From Botryllus schlosseri (taxonomy: Eukaryota): a stretch of DNA of 64,000 nt. The translations under genes and the position numbers were made by a program. The stretch covers positions 9,610,001 through 9,674,000 of the forward strand of contig CM119378.1 of the NCBI GenBank assembly GCA_051294905.1, given 5' to 3'. Positions 36,443 through 64,000 of this stretch are shown here, in pieces (positions within the stretch are counted from its first letter, which is position 1; each line of letters begins with the position of its first letter). The notes below the pieces were generated by a model that was not told where the DNA came from, did not search any database, and saw only the letters and a list, made by a program, of their open reading frames with translations.

Positions 36443-37650
36443 AAATTTACTTTTTTCTTAGGGGTGAAAGGTCAAGAATGGAAGAATCTATTGTTGCGTG
36501 TTGCTATGCCAACGTCACGTGATGTGGTAATCGGCGAGCCACATCGGGCTAACAAACATAGCTCAGCGAAGTAGCAGTGGTGTCGAGTCGCCGCGTCGTG
36601 GGTGATGTGCTGGGTACGGATGACTTCGTAGTGATCTATTCGACTTCCCCCAAGACAGCAGCCCCAAGATTATGAATAGAAATCACCAAATTCGGCGTTC
36701 TTGACGATTCAAGTAGGTCTAACCTTAATCCTTTTTTATAGCTGTAATGCTGAATGTAGCAGGACCCATAAATAGAGGAGTTAAGCACTCGACATCCTAG
36801 TGAGTCATCTTAATGTGTAACCTAAATATTTCGAAAAATGATTTTCAGCAACAGCGGCATACAGTACCCGTATAACATGACAATTCGCCTATGTACATGA
36901 AATTAATCTACATTTCCTCATGCAGTCTTGGTCGCAACACCAGCAAAATGTGCTCGGTAATTTCTATATAGTGTATATAAATAGGCTCACTGATTACACG
37001 GCCACGTTTGGATCGACCAAGGCAGAGCGCTTCTTGGTCGGATGAAACAAAGTCACTACAGTTTCCCGATGACGAAGATTATATAGATGCTTTGGTTACG
37101 AGACCTACATAAAATTTTGGCAATTCGAAAGTAGGTTCAATTCAATTTTTCACCATCAGAAGGGGGCTGCGGCAATATTTTCCGGATCCGTTGCAAAAAG
37201 GGACGCAAAAATACGATCGCCTTTTCATAATCTAATGACTCGATCACGTAAATGGGGGGTCGCGGAACACACAATTTTATCGAGGCTCGAAGTTTTAAGA
37301 AACACTTCCACAAAGCAGACATGCCAAAGTCATAGTAGGAAATATGGAAGACACAAATTTTCGATGAAATCTCCGTCCGACTGCGACGCCACAAGTGCGA
37401 CCTCGCTCTTTTGAAATCCAACCGTGCATCCAGCCTTCCCAGAATGCTCTCGCAAACGTAAATCTATACGTGTAGACTACGTCAGAAACAAGTGTATAGC
37501 TGTTGCTTGCAGCAGCGTATGAACGATAAATGAAGCTTGACGATATATTATACGGAGTGCTTTATAGGTGCTAGGTGAACAACTTTGTGGCGCGGGTGAG
37601 AACTGGTTCATTCCACCCCCTGAAATAGAATAAAATATATTATGTACGGT

Positions 37651-63949
<26,299 letters not shown>

Positions 63950-64000
63950 CTGAAAACATTCCAATGCACGTGACTTGACACATTTGAAGGCCCCTTTGAT

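Noticed and set aside
36460-36715. Plus-strand exon-like block (TTCTTAG|..CAA|GTAGGT)
   Set aside because: Stops in all three frames; the T-rich 'acceptor' is explained by the A-rich myosin poly(A) region on the other strand.

Overview
Intron-rich animal genomic DNA, not prokaryotic. An ascidian/tunicate origin is my inference from the many ~60-100 nt introns, the intronless tandem housekeeping genes and the CpG mosaic; the species cannot be confirmed from this window. Two large minus-strand genes lie head-to-tail. (1) A sarcomeric myosin II heavy chain with 37 coding exons in the window (63949->37651; the 5' end lies beyond the window). (2) A tubby-family (TUB/TULP) gene (33664->9856). All exon junctions I traced by hand keep the reading frame. 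Two intact, intronless housekeeping genes, CCDC25 and mitochondrial PheRS (FARS2), are nested in tandem on the opposite strand inside one 3.4-kb myosin intron and are a candidate trans-spliced operon. The tubby gene carries an unexpected in-frame 3-exon, 381-aa insertion just upstream of the tubby domain, including a 211-aa exon I cannot assign to a known family. It also has an 11.3-kb CpG-rich intron. Introns and intergenic DNA hold many non-autonomous hAT-type MITEs (8-bp TSDs), a ~710-bp foldback palindrome, tRNA-derived SINEs and a LINE 3' end. Coordinates were counted by hand and may be off by 1-2 nt; no database searches were run.
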